Shown piece by piece: positions 19,766-29,608 of a DNA stretch of 64,000 nt. The DNA is from a bacterium (GTDB lineage: Bacteria; Patescibacteriota; Microgenomatia; JAMCZE01). Location: positions 4,135 to 68,134 of the forward strand of contig JAKBJL010000003.1 in the NCBI GenBank assembly GCA_021836035.1. The letters run 5' to 3'. The position numbers were made by a program, and so were the translations under genes. Numbering within the stretch: the first letter of the stretch is position 1; every line of letters begins with the position of its first letter. The notes below the pieces were generated by a model that did not search any database, was not told where the DNA came from, and saw only the letters and a program-made list of their open reading frames with translations.

Positions 19766-22269
19766 GAAAATTTTATCTACTCTCGTGTTTGCTTTTTGTT
19801 GGCATTTTTGTATCCGCGCGGCCGGTTTTTTCCCAAATTACCCTTCCGCCGACAGATCGGGTTGATACTCACACTTTCGTTGTCTTTAATGGCAAGCTTC
19901 GGGAGCTGGTTATCAAAGGCGACAGGGTTTGGTGGCGCGATTCTGCCGACACAACGGAAAAAAGTTTTCCGGCGAACTGGAGTTCTAAATCTTTAGCCGA
20001 AGCTTGGCCGGCAAGTATTTCTCCGATTGGCCACCCCTTGCCTATCTCGGGTATAGACGCCCATGCTTATCAGCGGTTTCCCGGTTGCGGTAATTTCGCC
20101 AATTTTGTCACGGAAATTGTCATTAAGGGTAATGAAGAATGGTACCGCCGGTCATCGGATATCACCGGGAGCGACCTTGGGGGTAAAGTTTTCACCTATA
20201 CCACTCTGCCCGCCGTTTGGGGGAATTCCGGACCGCCGACCGATTTTATTGACGCTTTGAACTATGATATTTTCGACGGAAATCCGCGGGAGTTGGTTCT
20301 TAAGGGCGGTAATATTTGGTACCGGACTATAAATTGTGCCAATTCCCAGCTATCCGGCTGGTCTCAAGTCAGTTTATCTTCGGCTTGGGGGTCTAACCTA
20401 AATCCACCACCTTTAACTGGCGCCATAGATACTTATGCCACAGATTACGCTGCCTCGGACAACTCTTGGGAAATTGTCACCCAAGGTAATCGGGTTTGGG
20501 CGAGACGTTCCTTTGACACTAACAGCCACCACGAAAGTGATGTTTGGCGACCGATGACCTTAAGCGATCTCTGGCAGAGGAATTCTATTTCTCTTTCAGA
20601 TTCCGATATAGCCAGTCGGTTCATTGATAAATTTATGTCAATTTATGGCAGCACTGATTTTTCCGCTGTCATAAATTATCCTTATGCCAGCGCCTTTGAT
20701 TCCCAAAATAATTTCCGGGCTCTTATGGGTCAAGCTTTAGCGCACACCGTCAAATTCCGTTTAAGTAATAATTCTTCGGTATCCGATTTGACAAAGGCGA
20801 AAAGTTACCTCAACGCGACCCTCGACCACTATTCGACGTGGGGCAAAGATTTTCTCTCAGAAGATATTATCCGAAGTACCCTTCTTGCTTCGTGGGTAAT
20901 TTGGGACCAACTGTCGGATGTTGAAAAAGCCAATATTTACAACGTAGCTAAAGCTGATGCCGACTTCTGGTCAGCTAAATTGGCCGAAGCTCAAGCTGGT
21001 GGCCCCTTCTTATTTAAAATGCAGCGGGACTGCCAAGATCCTAACAGCCAGTGTTATTACAACACCAGCGCTGAAGAGAACGGAGGAATTGTGGGCGGGC
21101 TTGCGTTTACGGCTATTATGTATCCGAATGACCCGTCAGCCTGGAAATGGCAACAGGCGGCGAGATGTTTTGCTTTCCACACGATTACTACCGGAGAAAC
21201 TTCCTGCGGAATAACTACGCAGACAGTGGCCAGTGACTTTAGTTTGACCGAACACGGCTTCACCCCCTCGGTTGTTTATACTTTAGCCGCTCTTTCCGAG
21301 CTCGATCAGGCTGGTTTGGGCTACTTTCTCGGCGGATATTATACCCCGCCAGAACTTCACCATAACACGGCCCCTCTTTGGTCCAAATTTTTCACTTATT
21401 TTCATCCGGGAGATTACACTATCTATAATCAATATTTTCGGGGGCAGGACTGGGGCGATATTGATGTTTGGCTGGCTATGACCGATTTTAATTATTTGTC
21501 TTTAATTGACAATCCTTCAGGGTTAAGCGCTGCAAATGTAGGGAATCTAGCTTTTGACATCACGCATTATTTTTACACGATAAAGAAAGACGATCTGCGT
21601 TTTCCTGAAGCCGGACCCGTGATCTCCATGCCGGTAACGGGAACCACCACGAGCAGTTGGTTTCAAAATTCTTTAACTCACGCCAAGGGTTCTGCGGAAA
21701 TAATCATTTACCAAAACCCCGGATATTTCTTTTGTAACGGCAATGTTGACCGGCTTGGCCGGTCAACCCATTTGTGTAACAGTGCCGTCCCGGTACAGAC
21801 TTTTCCGACCTGCACCGCCACTACTTGTACCGCCCAAGGCAAAAACTGCGGGACGATTTCCGACGGCTGCTGGGGAACTTTAAACTGCGGTGCCTGTGCT
21901 GCCACCCATTCCTGTGTCAGTAATGTCTGTACCTGTGATCCGGCCAAATGTACTCTTCCCAATACCTGCAATAACAATGTTTGTTCCTGCATCCCGGAAT
22001 CAGATGTTGCTTTCTGTTCCCGTTTGGGAAAAAACTGCGGCAGTGTGACCGCAGCGGATAACTGCGGAACCCAAAGAACGGTAAGTAGCTGTGGCGGTTG
22101 TAATTTACCCGACGTCTGCGGCGGGGGAGGAACACCAAACATTTGCGGATCCCTCCCGGGAGATCTAAACGGAGACGGGAAAGTCAATATTTTGGATCTG
22201 CGCCAACTTCTTTCCGGCTCCGATACTATTTTCAGTTACAACACCGTGGTGACAAACTTCGGGAGGTGA
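19762..22269 (+). CDS. Large secreted Cys-rich protein with a C-terminal dockerin-like tag.
   Basis: Signal peptide MRKFYLLSCLLFVGIFVSARPVFS. The C-terminus carries GKNCGTISDGCWGTLNCGAC... and PGDLNGDGKVNILDLRQLLSGSDTIFSYNTVVTNFGR. A 35-nt stretch encoding GDLNGDGKVNI is near-identical to the one in 15435..17837. Confidence 0.7.
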   Translation: MRKFYLLSCLLFVGIFVSARPVFSQITLPPTDRVDTHTFVVFNGKLRELVIKGDRVWWRDSADTTEKSFPANWSSKSLAEAWPASISPIGHPLPISGIDAHAYQRFPGCGNFANFVTEIVIKGNEEWYRRSSDITGSDLGGKVFTYTTLPAVWGNSGPPTDFIDALNYDIFDGNPRELVLKGGNIWYRTINCANSQLSGWSQVSLSSAWGSNLNPPPLTGAIDTYATDYAASDNSWEIVTQGNRVWARRSFDTNSHHESDVWRPMTLSDLWQRNSISLSDSDIASRFIDKFMSIYGSTDFSAVINYPYASAFDSQNNFRALMGQALAHTVKFRLSNNSSVSDLTKAKSYLNATLDHYSTWGKDFLSEDIIRSTLLASWVIWDQLSDVEKANIYNVAKADADFWSAKLAEAQAGGPFLFKMQRDCQDPNSQCYYNTSAEENGGIVGGLAFTAIMYPNDPSAWKWQQAARCFAFHTITTGETSCGITTQTVASDFSLTEHGFTPSVVYTLAALSELDQAGLGYFLGGYYTPPELHHNTAPLWSKFFTYFHPGDYTIYNQYFRGQDWGDIDVWLAMTDFNYLSLIDNPSGLSAANVGNLAFDITHYFYTIKKDDLRFPEAGPVISMPVTGTTTSSWFQNSLTHAKGSAEIIIYQNPGYFFCNGNVDRLGRSTHLCNSAVPVQTFPTCTATTCTAQGKNCGTISDGCWGTLNCGACAATHSCVSNVCTCDPAKCTLPNTCNNNVCSCIPESDVAFCSRLGKNCGSVTAADNCGTQRTVSSCGGCNLPDVCGGGGTPNICGSLPGDLNGDGKVNILDLRQLLSGSDTIFSYNTVVTNFGR

Positions 22270-22291
22270 ATTTTGTGCTAAAGTTAAATTA

Positions 22292-23500
22292 ATGGGCAAA
22301 AGCGTAGGTTTTGTTTTGCGGGTAGTTTTCGTCCTTTCTTTTCTTTCGGCCTTCTTATTTTTATCCTTGAATCCGGTTCAAGCCTACAACATTTTCAATC
22401 AGAGCCTGCATGAGCAAAACTAACTTTCTTTTATTAAGGCCGTTTCCAACCGCTATATAAATATTAATCCGTTTCCGGACTATACAATAGCCAAAAGCGG
22501 AGGGTTAACTGATTATTACCGGGTAGTTTGCAGCCAGGTGGTCATTAGTTCGATCAGCAAACTGGCGGCAGGGCAACCCCTTTCCGCAAATTCTCCGGAG
22601 ATGGGATTGATGATGGCCAATTTCAATAATGATTTCAACCAAATCGCTAGCCCGAATAATCCTTGGTTCTGGCTGGCCTCCGCCCCCGGATTTGATTGTC
22701 TGATTGCTCTTGACCTTAACCGGGACGTTATCCCGCTTCAGGCCAGAAACGCTGCTCTCGGCGAGATAAATATTCTGGCAGACATTATATACAACCCCTT
22801 TAATCGAATTACCTGCTGATTCGACCTGGTTGATGAAATACACTACAGGAACCTGGAGAAATGAAGCTATCGCTAACTACAATTGGACGTCGGTAAACGA
22901 CGACTACCGCCAGGTTACTACGCTTAATCAATTTGGCCTGACTCTTATGGATTCCTCCGCTTTTATGCCAGCTTTTACCGGCTGGCAATATCAAATTATG
23001 ACGGTGACCGATAGTTACCTGGTTGCTTTTAAGGACATGATTCCGGAAGTCGCCAGGCTGTTAGGTGATTACGTTAAAGCCGATGCGGATATATATATAA
23101 ATAAGATAGCGGCGGCTAAATCCGATTGGTACAGTTCGTTGACAGAATCCTACTACGGAAACGAACATGGTCAGGTCTATCCGGTTGATGCTTATCAGCT
23201 TTTCCTGGCCAGGTCCTGGATCGACAAAGAATCTCCTGATAACCCGCGCATTATTTAAGTATTCCCTATACCCCGGTTGGGGACTTCTTTTATATGCAAA
23301 AGCTGGCCGAGACCATTAAAGCTTACCGGGGTTGGGCCTGGTCTGACGGGGGAGGGCCGACTCCGCCGCTGACCCTTGCCGGAGACCTAAACGGAGATAA
23401 CCACGTCGATATTGCCGATTTAAGAATCGCCATTGCGGGGTTCAGCAATCTTTACAACATATATAGTATCTCGGAAATAATCGGTAATTTCGGTAAATAA
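22292..23500 (+). pseudogene. Decayed paralog of the dockerin-tagged secreted proteins, broken into at least four frame-shifted pieces.
   Basis: A 43-codon ORF from ATG 22292 encodes only a signal peptide (MGKSVGFVLRVVFVLSFLSAFLFLSLNPVQA) and then stops. Co-directional ORFs 22538..22819, 22830..23258 and 23294..23500 lie in different frames. The last is a standalone dockerin-like tag, LAGDLNGDNHVDIADLRIAIAGFSNLYNIYSISEIIGNFGK. Confidence 0.45.
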
Positions 23501-23565
23501 GCAGAACCATATTGGTACTTGCAATGCATGTGAAAAATTTGCTAGGCTGGAATTAGCCTGTAAAA

Positions 23566-24750
23566 ATGAAAATAACGGAGCGGTTGGGGTTACTTAAGTT
23601 AGCGAAACGCAACTGGACAATGTTGTTGGTGGTTGGAATTCTCCTTATCTCTCTCGTGGCTACAGTTTTTCTGGTTCAGCGACAACAGCAAATGCGGGGT
23701 AAAGCGGCCGGAGCCAGCGTTACTTTAGCTATGTCTTCGGCGGTAAATTCTACAAACCATGCGATGGTAGGAACTCCTTTCACTGTCAATGTATCTATCG
23801 GCAATCAAACGGATGCTTACGAAATTTCCGCCGCTAATGTGGTCGTAACTTATGATTCTAATCTTTTAGACCTGGGTACCAATCCGGTTGCCCTGGGCAG
23901 CTTTTTCCCCTTTCCCAGCGGAACGGAAATGCTTAACAAAGTAGATACGGCAACGGCGGGCAGGGTGAGTTTTGCCTTGGGCGCGGCTTGTCCTACCGTT
24001 ATCCCGGCTCCGACCCCCGTCAACGGCCAAACTCCCTGTTCGACTAATAGAGGCTCCGGAATTTTAGCCACGCTCAATTTCGTCCCCAAAGCGGCCGGTA
24101 CAGCCAATGTGGCTATTATTGCGGATAGCGGTAATACCGCGATAGCGGCTGTCGGGCAGACGGCAACCGTACTGACAAGTACTGCTGTTTCTCCGCTCAG
24201 CCTGCCGATCGATCCCGCGCCGGTGACTACTCCCACCCTTTCCTTCTCGGTGACCGTTCAGGAAGCCATTACGATTCCTACCACCCCCCGCGGAACTATG
24301 GCAGCGAATTTGACTCTTTTAAACCCCACAACCGGTGCCGTTGTTGGCTCTCCGTTTAGTATCACCATGAGCCAAAACAGAACCAGCGGTTTGTATGAGA
24401 CCACCTCTCCGGTTGTTCTAACAGGCATAACTCCCGGCTCTTATCGGGTCATGCTTGATGGGGTAGGGCATTTGAAAAAGGAACTGACAAAGGTTAATGG
24501 TGTTTCTACGCCCGTAAATTTAGTTGGTGGATCCAATACTCCCGACTGGAAGGCCCAACAACTTTTTGGTGGCGATGCGATCAAGGATACGGCAAATACG
24601 GTTAACGCTTTAGATTTCGGGAAACTGGCCGGGGATTTCTTAAACTCTGCTACCCAGGGGACCAGTACGGCAGACTTTAACTTTGATGGCCGGGTGGATG
24701 CGCTGGATTTTGGTGCTTTAGCAGGAAATTTCCTGAAAGCAGGAGATTAA
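23566..24750 (+). CDS. N-terminally membrane-anchored cohesin-domain protein with a C-terminal Ig-like module and a two-segment dockerin. Adaptor/scaffoldin-like.
   Basis: Signal-anchor TM MLLVVGILLISLVATVFLV. The cohesin-like domain (VGTPFTVNVSIGNQ...VVVTYDSNLLDL...GILATLNFVPKAAGTANV) follows the spacing of cellulosomal cohesins (YDPxxL, G.F.KI.AxxK). The C-terminus has a duplicated dockerin segment, NTVNALDFGKLAGDFL / DFNFDGRVDALDFGALAGNFL. Confidence 0.65.
   Translation: MKITERLGLLKLAKRNWTMLLVVGILLISLVATVFLVQRQQQMRGKAAGASVTLAMSSAVNSTNHAMVGTPFTVNVSIGNQTDAYEISAANVVVTYDSNLLDLGTNPVALGSFFPFPSGTEMLNKVDTATAGRVSFALGAACPTVIPAPTPVNGQTPCSTNRGSGILATLNFVPKAAGTANVAIIADSGNTAIAAVGQTATVLTSTAVSPLSLPIDPAPVTTPTLSFSVTVQEAITIPTTPRGTMAANLTLLNPTTGAVVGSPFSITMSQNRTSGLYETTSPVVLTGITPGSYRVMLDGVGHLKKELTKVNGVSTPVNLVGGSNTPDWKAQQLFGGDAIKDTANTVNALDFGKLAGDFLNSATQGTSTADFNFDGRVDALDFGALAGNFLKAGD
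24231..24750. repeat. Copy 1 of a 520-bp near-identical direct repeat encoding the shared C-terminal Ig-like + dockerin module.
   Basis: Sequence tcccaccctttccttctcggtgaccgttcaggaagccattacg ... gcaggagattaa. It matches 26866..27385 with a single mismatch seen by eye (cctaccacc vs cccaccacc). Confidence 0.8.
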
Positions 24751-24754
24751 GAGA

Positions 24755-27385
24755 ATGGAAAAAATAGCAAGCTGGAAAACGATTGGATTATTGCTAGTTA
24801 CTTTATTAGTTGTTATTGCGGTGCCGCTGACGACCCGGCAGGTTAGTAATCGTCAGGAAACAAGAACCAAAGCGGTTTCTGGCCCCGGGGTAGCGGATTT
24901 AGCTCTCAGTCCGGCAAGTTTAACCTCATACTACACAAGTATAACAACAAACTCAACTTTTGATGTAAATGTTACGCTAGACACCGGTACTACCCCCATA
25001 TATGCCGTTGATGTTGCCTTACAATTTGATCCGACGACCCTTCAGGTAGTACCGGATCCTGCAGTAGCGGGGGGAAATGGTATCACTCCGGGAACTATAT
25101 TAGCTCAGATTCTTTATAATAAAATTGACAATGCTTTGGGTAGAATTACCTTTTCTGCCGGATCTTCGCCTATAGGATCTACTTATACCGGTACGGGGGT
25201 AATAGCTTCAATAAAATTTAGAGCTCTTAAAGCTGTGGCTGCTACCAACGTAACTTTCCTTCCTACAACTTTGGTTTCCGACGTAAATAGTTCAAATATA
25301 TTAGGAACTACAACAAACGGTTCTTATACCATCACTTTAGATACGACAGGTCCCGTCGCGCCCACACCGCAGAGCCCGGCCGATGCCGGTTATCAGGTCA
25401 GCGGCAATGTAAATCTTACCTGGTCCGCCTCAACAGATACCCAAAGCGGGTTTGACCATTATGAACTGCAATATGCTAATAACAGTGCCTTTACCAGTCC
25501 TACCACGGTAAATAATATTACCGCAACTTCTGCCTCCATCAGTTTATCTGCCGATAGCCCTTATTATTGGCAAGTCCGGGCTTATGATAAGTTGGGCAAT
25601 GTCAGCAATTGGAGTTCAGCCTGGAATTTTATTTTAGATACTACCCCCCCGGGAGTTCCCGCTCTTTCCGCACCGGCTAATGGTTATTTACAAACCAGCA
25701 GAACGGTTCCTTTAAGCTGGACGATCCCTACCGATGCCAACGGTATTGCCAGCTATAAAATTCAAGTGGCTAATAATTCCAATTTTACCGGAGCAACGGA
25801 ATATACGGTTACCACAAACAGCTACTCTGTAACCGTCGCTACTGACGGTCAATATTTCTGGCATGTTCAGGCAGTCGATCTGGCCGGGAATAATGGCACT
25901 TATTCTGTCAATCGCAATTTTACGATAGATGGTACGGTGCCGACTTTACCTGGGCTTTTAACTCCGACAAATGCATCTAACCTTAACACTCTAACTCCGA
26001 CTTTTACCTGGAACGCGTCCAGCGATACCGGTTCCGGAGTAGACCATTATGATTTACAGACTTCCCTAACCAGTACTTTTGCCACTCCCACTAACAATCA
26101 AATTGTCGGAACAGCTACTTCCTTTACTTTACCGTCTGGGGTAATTACCGCCGATAACGTCTATTATTGGCGCTTGCAGGCGGCAGACGTAGCTGGCAAT
26201 GTAAGCGGCTGGACTGTTTATCGTAGTATGACGGTAGATACTACTGCCCCCGGAGTTCCTACTCTTAATCCCGTGGCTATTACTGCGGGATCCAGGACAG
26301 TAAGTTTTTCTTGGTCAGTGGTCACAGATAGTGGCAGCGGATTAGCCAATTATGAGATCCAGGTTGATGCGGATAGCTCCATTACACCGCCATATACCTA
26401 TAGTGCGACTCCGACATCAACAACCGCTAGTACAACTTTGTCCGCTGACGGCACCTATTATTGGCACGTCCGGGCTATTGACAAAGCGGGGAATATCGGA
26501 GCTTGGTCAACAGCGCAACCGTTTGGCATTGATATTACACCCCCGACCGCTATCAGTAATCTCTCTGCCGGTTCGCCGACTACCACCTCTGTCGTCTTAA
26601 CCTGGACCGCACCTAATGCTAATCCGGGAAATGGTACCGCTTACGATATTCGCTATTCTACCAGTTCGATTACCGGTACTAATTTCTCTTCAGCTACGGC
26701 AGTTGCAAATCCGCCGACCCCTGCGGCTGCCGGATCGGCCGAATCTCTGACGGTTTCTAATCTTACTCCCGGTACTACTTATTATTTCGCCCTCAAAACG
26801 CAGGATGCAAACAGCAATTGGTCCATTATTTCTAACGTCGTAAGCCTGGCTACCAGCCAGCCGATTCCCACCCTTTCCTTCTCGGTGACCGTTCAGGAAG
26901 CCATTACGATTCCCACCACCCCCCGCGGAACTATGGCAGCGAATTTGACTCTTTTAAACCCCACAACCGGTGCCGTTGTTGGCTCTCCGTTTAGTATCAC
27001 CATGAGCCAAAACAGAACCAGCGGTTTGTATGAGACCACCTCTCCGGTTGTTCTAACAGGCATAACTCCCGGCTCTTATCGGGTCATGCTTGATGGGGTA
27101 GGGCATTTGAAAAAGGAACTGACAAAGGTTAATGGTGTTTCTACGCCCGTAAATTTAGTTGGTGGATCCAATACTCCCGACTGGAAGGCCCAACAACTTT
27201 TTGGTGGCGATGCGATCAAGGATACGGCAAATACGGTTAACGCTTTAGATTTCGGGAAACTGGCCGGGGATTTCTTAAACTCTGCTACCCAGGGGACCAG
27301 TACGGCAGACTTTAACTTTGATGGCCGGGTGGATGCGCTGGATTTTGGTGCTTTAGCAGGAAATTTCCTGAAAGCAGGAGATTAA
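24755..27385 (+). CDS. N-terminally membrane-anchored cohesin-domain protein with about 6 FN3-like repeats and the shared C-terminal Ig-like + dockerin module.
   Basis: TM LLLVTLLVVIAVPL. Cohesin-like segment (FDVNVTLDTGTTPIYAVDVALQFDPTTLQVV...GVIASIKFRALKA). Repeated FN3 signature YYWQVRAYDKLGNVSNWS / YFWHVQAVDLAGNNGTYS / YYWRLQAADVAGNVSGWT / YYWHVRAIDKAGNIGAWS. The last 173 aa are identical to the C-terminus of 23566..24750. Confidence 0.7.
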   Translation: MEKIASWKTIGLLLVTLLVVIAVPLTTRQVSNRQETRTKAVSGPGVADLALSPASLTSYYTSITTNSTFDVNVTLDTGTTPIYAVDVALQFDPTTLQVVPDPAVAGGNGITPGTILAQILYNKIDNALGRITFSAGSSPIGSTYTGTGVIASIKFRALKAVAATNVTFLPTTLVSDVNSSNILGTTTNGSYTITLDTTGPVAPTPQSPADAGYQVSGNVNLTWSASTDTQSGFDHYELQYANNSAFTSPTTVNNITATSASISLSADSPYYWQVRAYDKLGNVSNWSSAWNFILDTTPPGVPALSAPANGYLQTSRTVPLSWTIPTDANGIASYKIQVANNSNFTGATEYTVTTNSYSVTVATDGQYFWHVQAVDLAGNNGTYSVNRNFTIDGTVPTLPGLLTPTNASNLNTLTPTFTWNASSDTGSGVDHYDLQTSLTSTFATPTNNQIVGTATSFTLPSGVITADNVYYWRLQAADVAGNVSGWTVYRSMTVDTTAPGVPTLNPVAITAGSRTVSFSWSVVTDSGSGLANYEIQVDADSSITPPYTYSATPTSTTASTTLSADGTYYWHVRAIDKAGNIGAWSTAQPFGIDITPPTAISNLSAGSPTTTSVVLTWTAPNANPGNGTAYDIRYSTSSITGTNFSSATAVANPPTPAAAGSAESLTVSNLTPGTTYYFALKTQDANSNWSIISNVVSLATSQPIPTLSFSVTVQEAITIPTTPRGTMAANLTLLNPTTGAVVGSPFSITMSQNRTSGLYETTSPVVLTGITPGSYRVMLDGVGHLKKELTKVNGVSTPVNLVGGSNTPDWKAQQLFGGDAIKDTANTVNALDFGKLAGDFLNSATQGTSTADFNFDGRVDALDFGALAGNFLKAGD
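26866..27385. repeat. Copy 2 of the 520-bp direct repeat.
   Basis: See 24231..24750. The repeat ends exactly at both stop codons, and the downstream sequences differ. Confidence 0.8.
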
Positions 27386-27427
27386 CGGTTGACAGCCCGT
27401 AAAATATTATCATAACATTAACTGAAG

Positions 27428-28090
27428 ATGACAAATATAAATAAAAAAGGAGAGTTGATCACGGTAGGTTTATTAGTAATCGCGGTAGCAGCAGTCAGTT
27501 TGGTGGCAGGGATGGTCTTAGGATTAAATAAAATTAACTTAAAACTACCGGTGACTTCTCAAGTAGAAAATAATCAGGGAAATAATAACGGCAAACCACA
27601 GATTCCGGAAGTACGAAATACTCCTGAAATAAAAAATAAGCCCAAGCTCTCTCTGACCGCTGTTCCGAGCACAATAGCGGTCGGCCAAAATACTAACGTA
27701 ACCATTAATATAGATTCCAACGGGAACAAGCTTCAGGTTGTTCAATTAACCCTGAGTTTTGATCCTAAAAAGCTGAAGGTAGTTGACGCTGATCCTAAGG
27801 CTGCCGGGGTACAGATAGAGCTAAAAAATTTATTTGCTAATCAGAATAACCTTGCGAATCGAGCGGATAACGATAAAGGGAAAATAACCTTAGCCATCGG
27901 TAGCCTGACTAATACTTTTGATGGTAAAGGAGTTTACGGAATAATAAAAATGATCGCTTTGCAACCTACTTCTAGTCCGACGATGATTAGTTTTGACCCA
28001 GACCCAGATACTTTGGTTGTTCCCCAGAGGGCTAATCAGGCTGCCAAAATTGAAGAAGAGCCCTTATCTTTAAGCATTAGCCCTAAATGA
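27428..28090 (+). CDS. Membrane-anchored single-cohesin-domain protein.
   Basis: TM LITVGLLVIAVAAVSLVAGMVLGL. Cohesin-like segment LTAVPSTIAVGQNTNVTINIDSNGNKLQVVQLTLSFDPKKLKVV...GKGVYGIIKMIALQ. Confidence 0.6.
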   Translation: MTNINKKGELITVGLLVIAVAAVSLVAGMVLGLNKINLKLPVTSQVENNQGNNNGKPQIPEVRNTPEIKNKPKLSLTAVPSTIAVGQNTNVTINIDSNGNKLQVVQLTLSFDPKKLKVVDADPKAAGVQIELKNLFANQNNLANRADNDKGKITLAIGSLTNTFDGKGVYGIIKMIALQPTSSPTMISFDPDPDTLVVPQRANQAAKIEEEPLSLSISPK

Positions 28091-29577
28091 GAAGATACAT
28101 TTCTTTAATTATCCTAACTCTTTTTCTGCTTGCAGCGGTACCGGCGACCTATTATTTAGTACAAAATAGGCAGTTGTTCTTTAAAAAAGCAGCTCCTACC
28201 GCTACCCTCGCTTTAACTCCGGCTTCTGGAAGCCATGCTGTCGGAGATATTTTTGACGTACAAATAGCGATGGATACCGGCGGGAATCTGGCATTTATGT
28301 CACAAACCTCAATTTCTTATAATCCGTCACTGCTGGATGTCGTTGACGCATCAGGAAATCCAGCAACTTCGATAATTCCCGGAACTGTTTTCCCCAGTCA
28401 ATATGTGGCTACTAATACTGTAAACGCTTCAAGTGGGACAATTATGTTAGCGGTAGGAAGCACTGCGGGATTTAGCGGATCGGGAACGGTAGGAACAATA
28501 AAATTCAAAGTCAAGGCGGCAGGAACTGCTGAGGTCAAATTTAATCCTGCCCCGGATACCTTAATTGGAGGTGCTAATGGAGAAAGTTTAGCCGGTACTC
28601 TAAGTGATGCCAGTTATACTCTAGCCGGCGGTGGAGCGGCGTTGGATTGTACCGGAGTGACGATTTCGCCGGCAGGTAATAATGTTACTTTGGGAGCGAC
28701 CAAGACTCTCACGGCTGCAGCTACCGGAGGAACGGGGACAATTACTTACACCTGGGGGGTTACCAGCCCCGGATCAAATAAGGGTAATTTGACTCCGACT
28801 ACCGGTGCGACGGTAACTTGGACTGCGCCTGCAAACCTTAATTCCGCGCAAACCTGGACAATTACCGCTACAGCCCATGACGATACGACGACCGATTCCA
28901 CCGGTTGTATGGTTAATTTGACCTATACGCCGGTTATTAGTACCCCGACCAATACACCGACCAATATTCCTAGCAGTACCCCGACGGATACACCAACCAA
29001 TACCCCAACCAACACTCCGCCGGTAAGCTCCGCACCCGGCCCGCAAACATATCAGCATAAGACTTGCCAAGCAAATAGCTGTGTCACGGTCGATTGTTCA
29101 CCGAAAGACCATTATTGTGCTGACAGCTGTACCAGCGACAGCGGTTGTACGGGCGGTACCGGAGGTTCGGTAAGCGTGACCATTACCAGTATTGCCCAGG
29201 GCGCGGTTTTAACTAATGCCCGACCGACGGTTGCCGGGAAAGCTTCCCCGGGAGCCAGTGTCCAAGTTACACTTTATCCGGCGCCGACTCAAAGCGGAAC
29301 GATCACGGCGGACGGTGTAGGTAATTGGTCCTGGGTGCCCAATGCCGCGCTGGCTAACGGCGCCCACTCCGCGACGGTGATTGCGACTGACGGGACGGGC
29401 AACCGGACACAAGCGCAGATCGACTTTACCATCAGGACAACCACGGCAAGTACCGGTGGCACGGGGGAGACTACAGGGAAAGTTACCCCACCGGAAACTG
29501 CCTCCTATACGCCGACGGTCGTGATGGCGGTTCTCGGCTTTGCCCTTCTCGGTTTGGGACTGGTTTTGGCTTTGTAG
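28087..29577 (+). CDS. Cohesin-domain surface protein with N-terminal and C-terminal TM segments, a Thr/Pro-rich linker and an Ig-like domain.
   Basis: N-terminal TM ISLIILTLFLLAAV. Cohesin-like segment VGDIFDVQIAMDTGGNLAFMSQTSISYNPSLLDVVD...GTVGTIKFKVKAAGTAEV. Linker PTNTPTNIPSSTPTDTPTNTPTNTPP. Ig-like region VTITSIAQGAVL...ATVIATDGTGN. C-terminal hydrophobic anchor VVMAVLGFALLGLGLVLAL. Confidence 0.6.
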   Translation: MRRYISLIILTLFLLAAVPATYYLVQNRQLFFKKAAPTATLALTPASGSHAVGDIFDVQIAMDTGGNLAFMSQTSISYNPSLLDVVDASGNPATSIIPGTVFPSQYVATNTVNASSGTIMLAVGSTAGFSGSGTVGTIKFKVKAAGTAEVKFNPAPDTLIGGANGESLAGTLSDASYTLAGGGAALDCTGVTISPAGNNVTLGATKTLTAAATGGTGTITYTWGVTSPGSNKGNLTPTTGATVTWTAPANLNSAQTWTITATAHDDTTTDSTGCMVNLTYTPVISTPTNTPTNIPSSTPTDTPTNTPTNTPPVSSAPGPQTYQHKTCQANSCVTVDCSPKDHYCADSCTSDSGCTGGTGGSVSVTITSIAQGAVLTNARPTVAGKASPGASVQVTLYPAPTQSGTITADGVGNWSWVPNAALANGAHSATVIATDGTGNRTQAQIDFTIRTTTASTGGTGETTGKVTPPETASYTPTVVMAVLGFALLGLGLVLAL

Positions 29578-29608
29578 ACAGCCGGATTCTGTTGTAATAT
29601 TATCTCCA

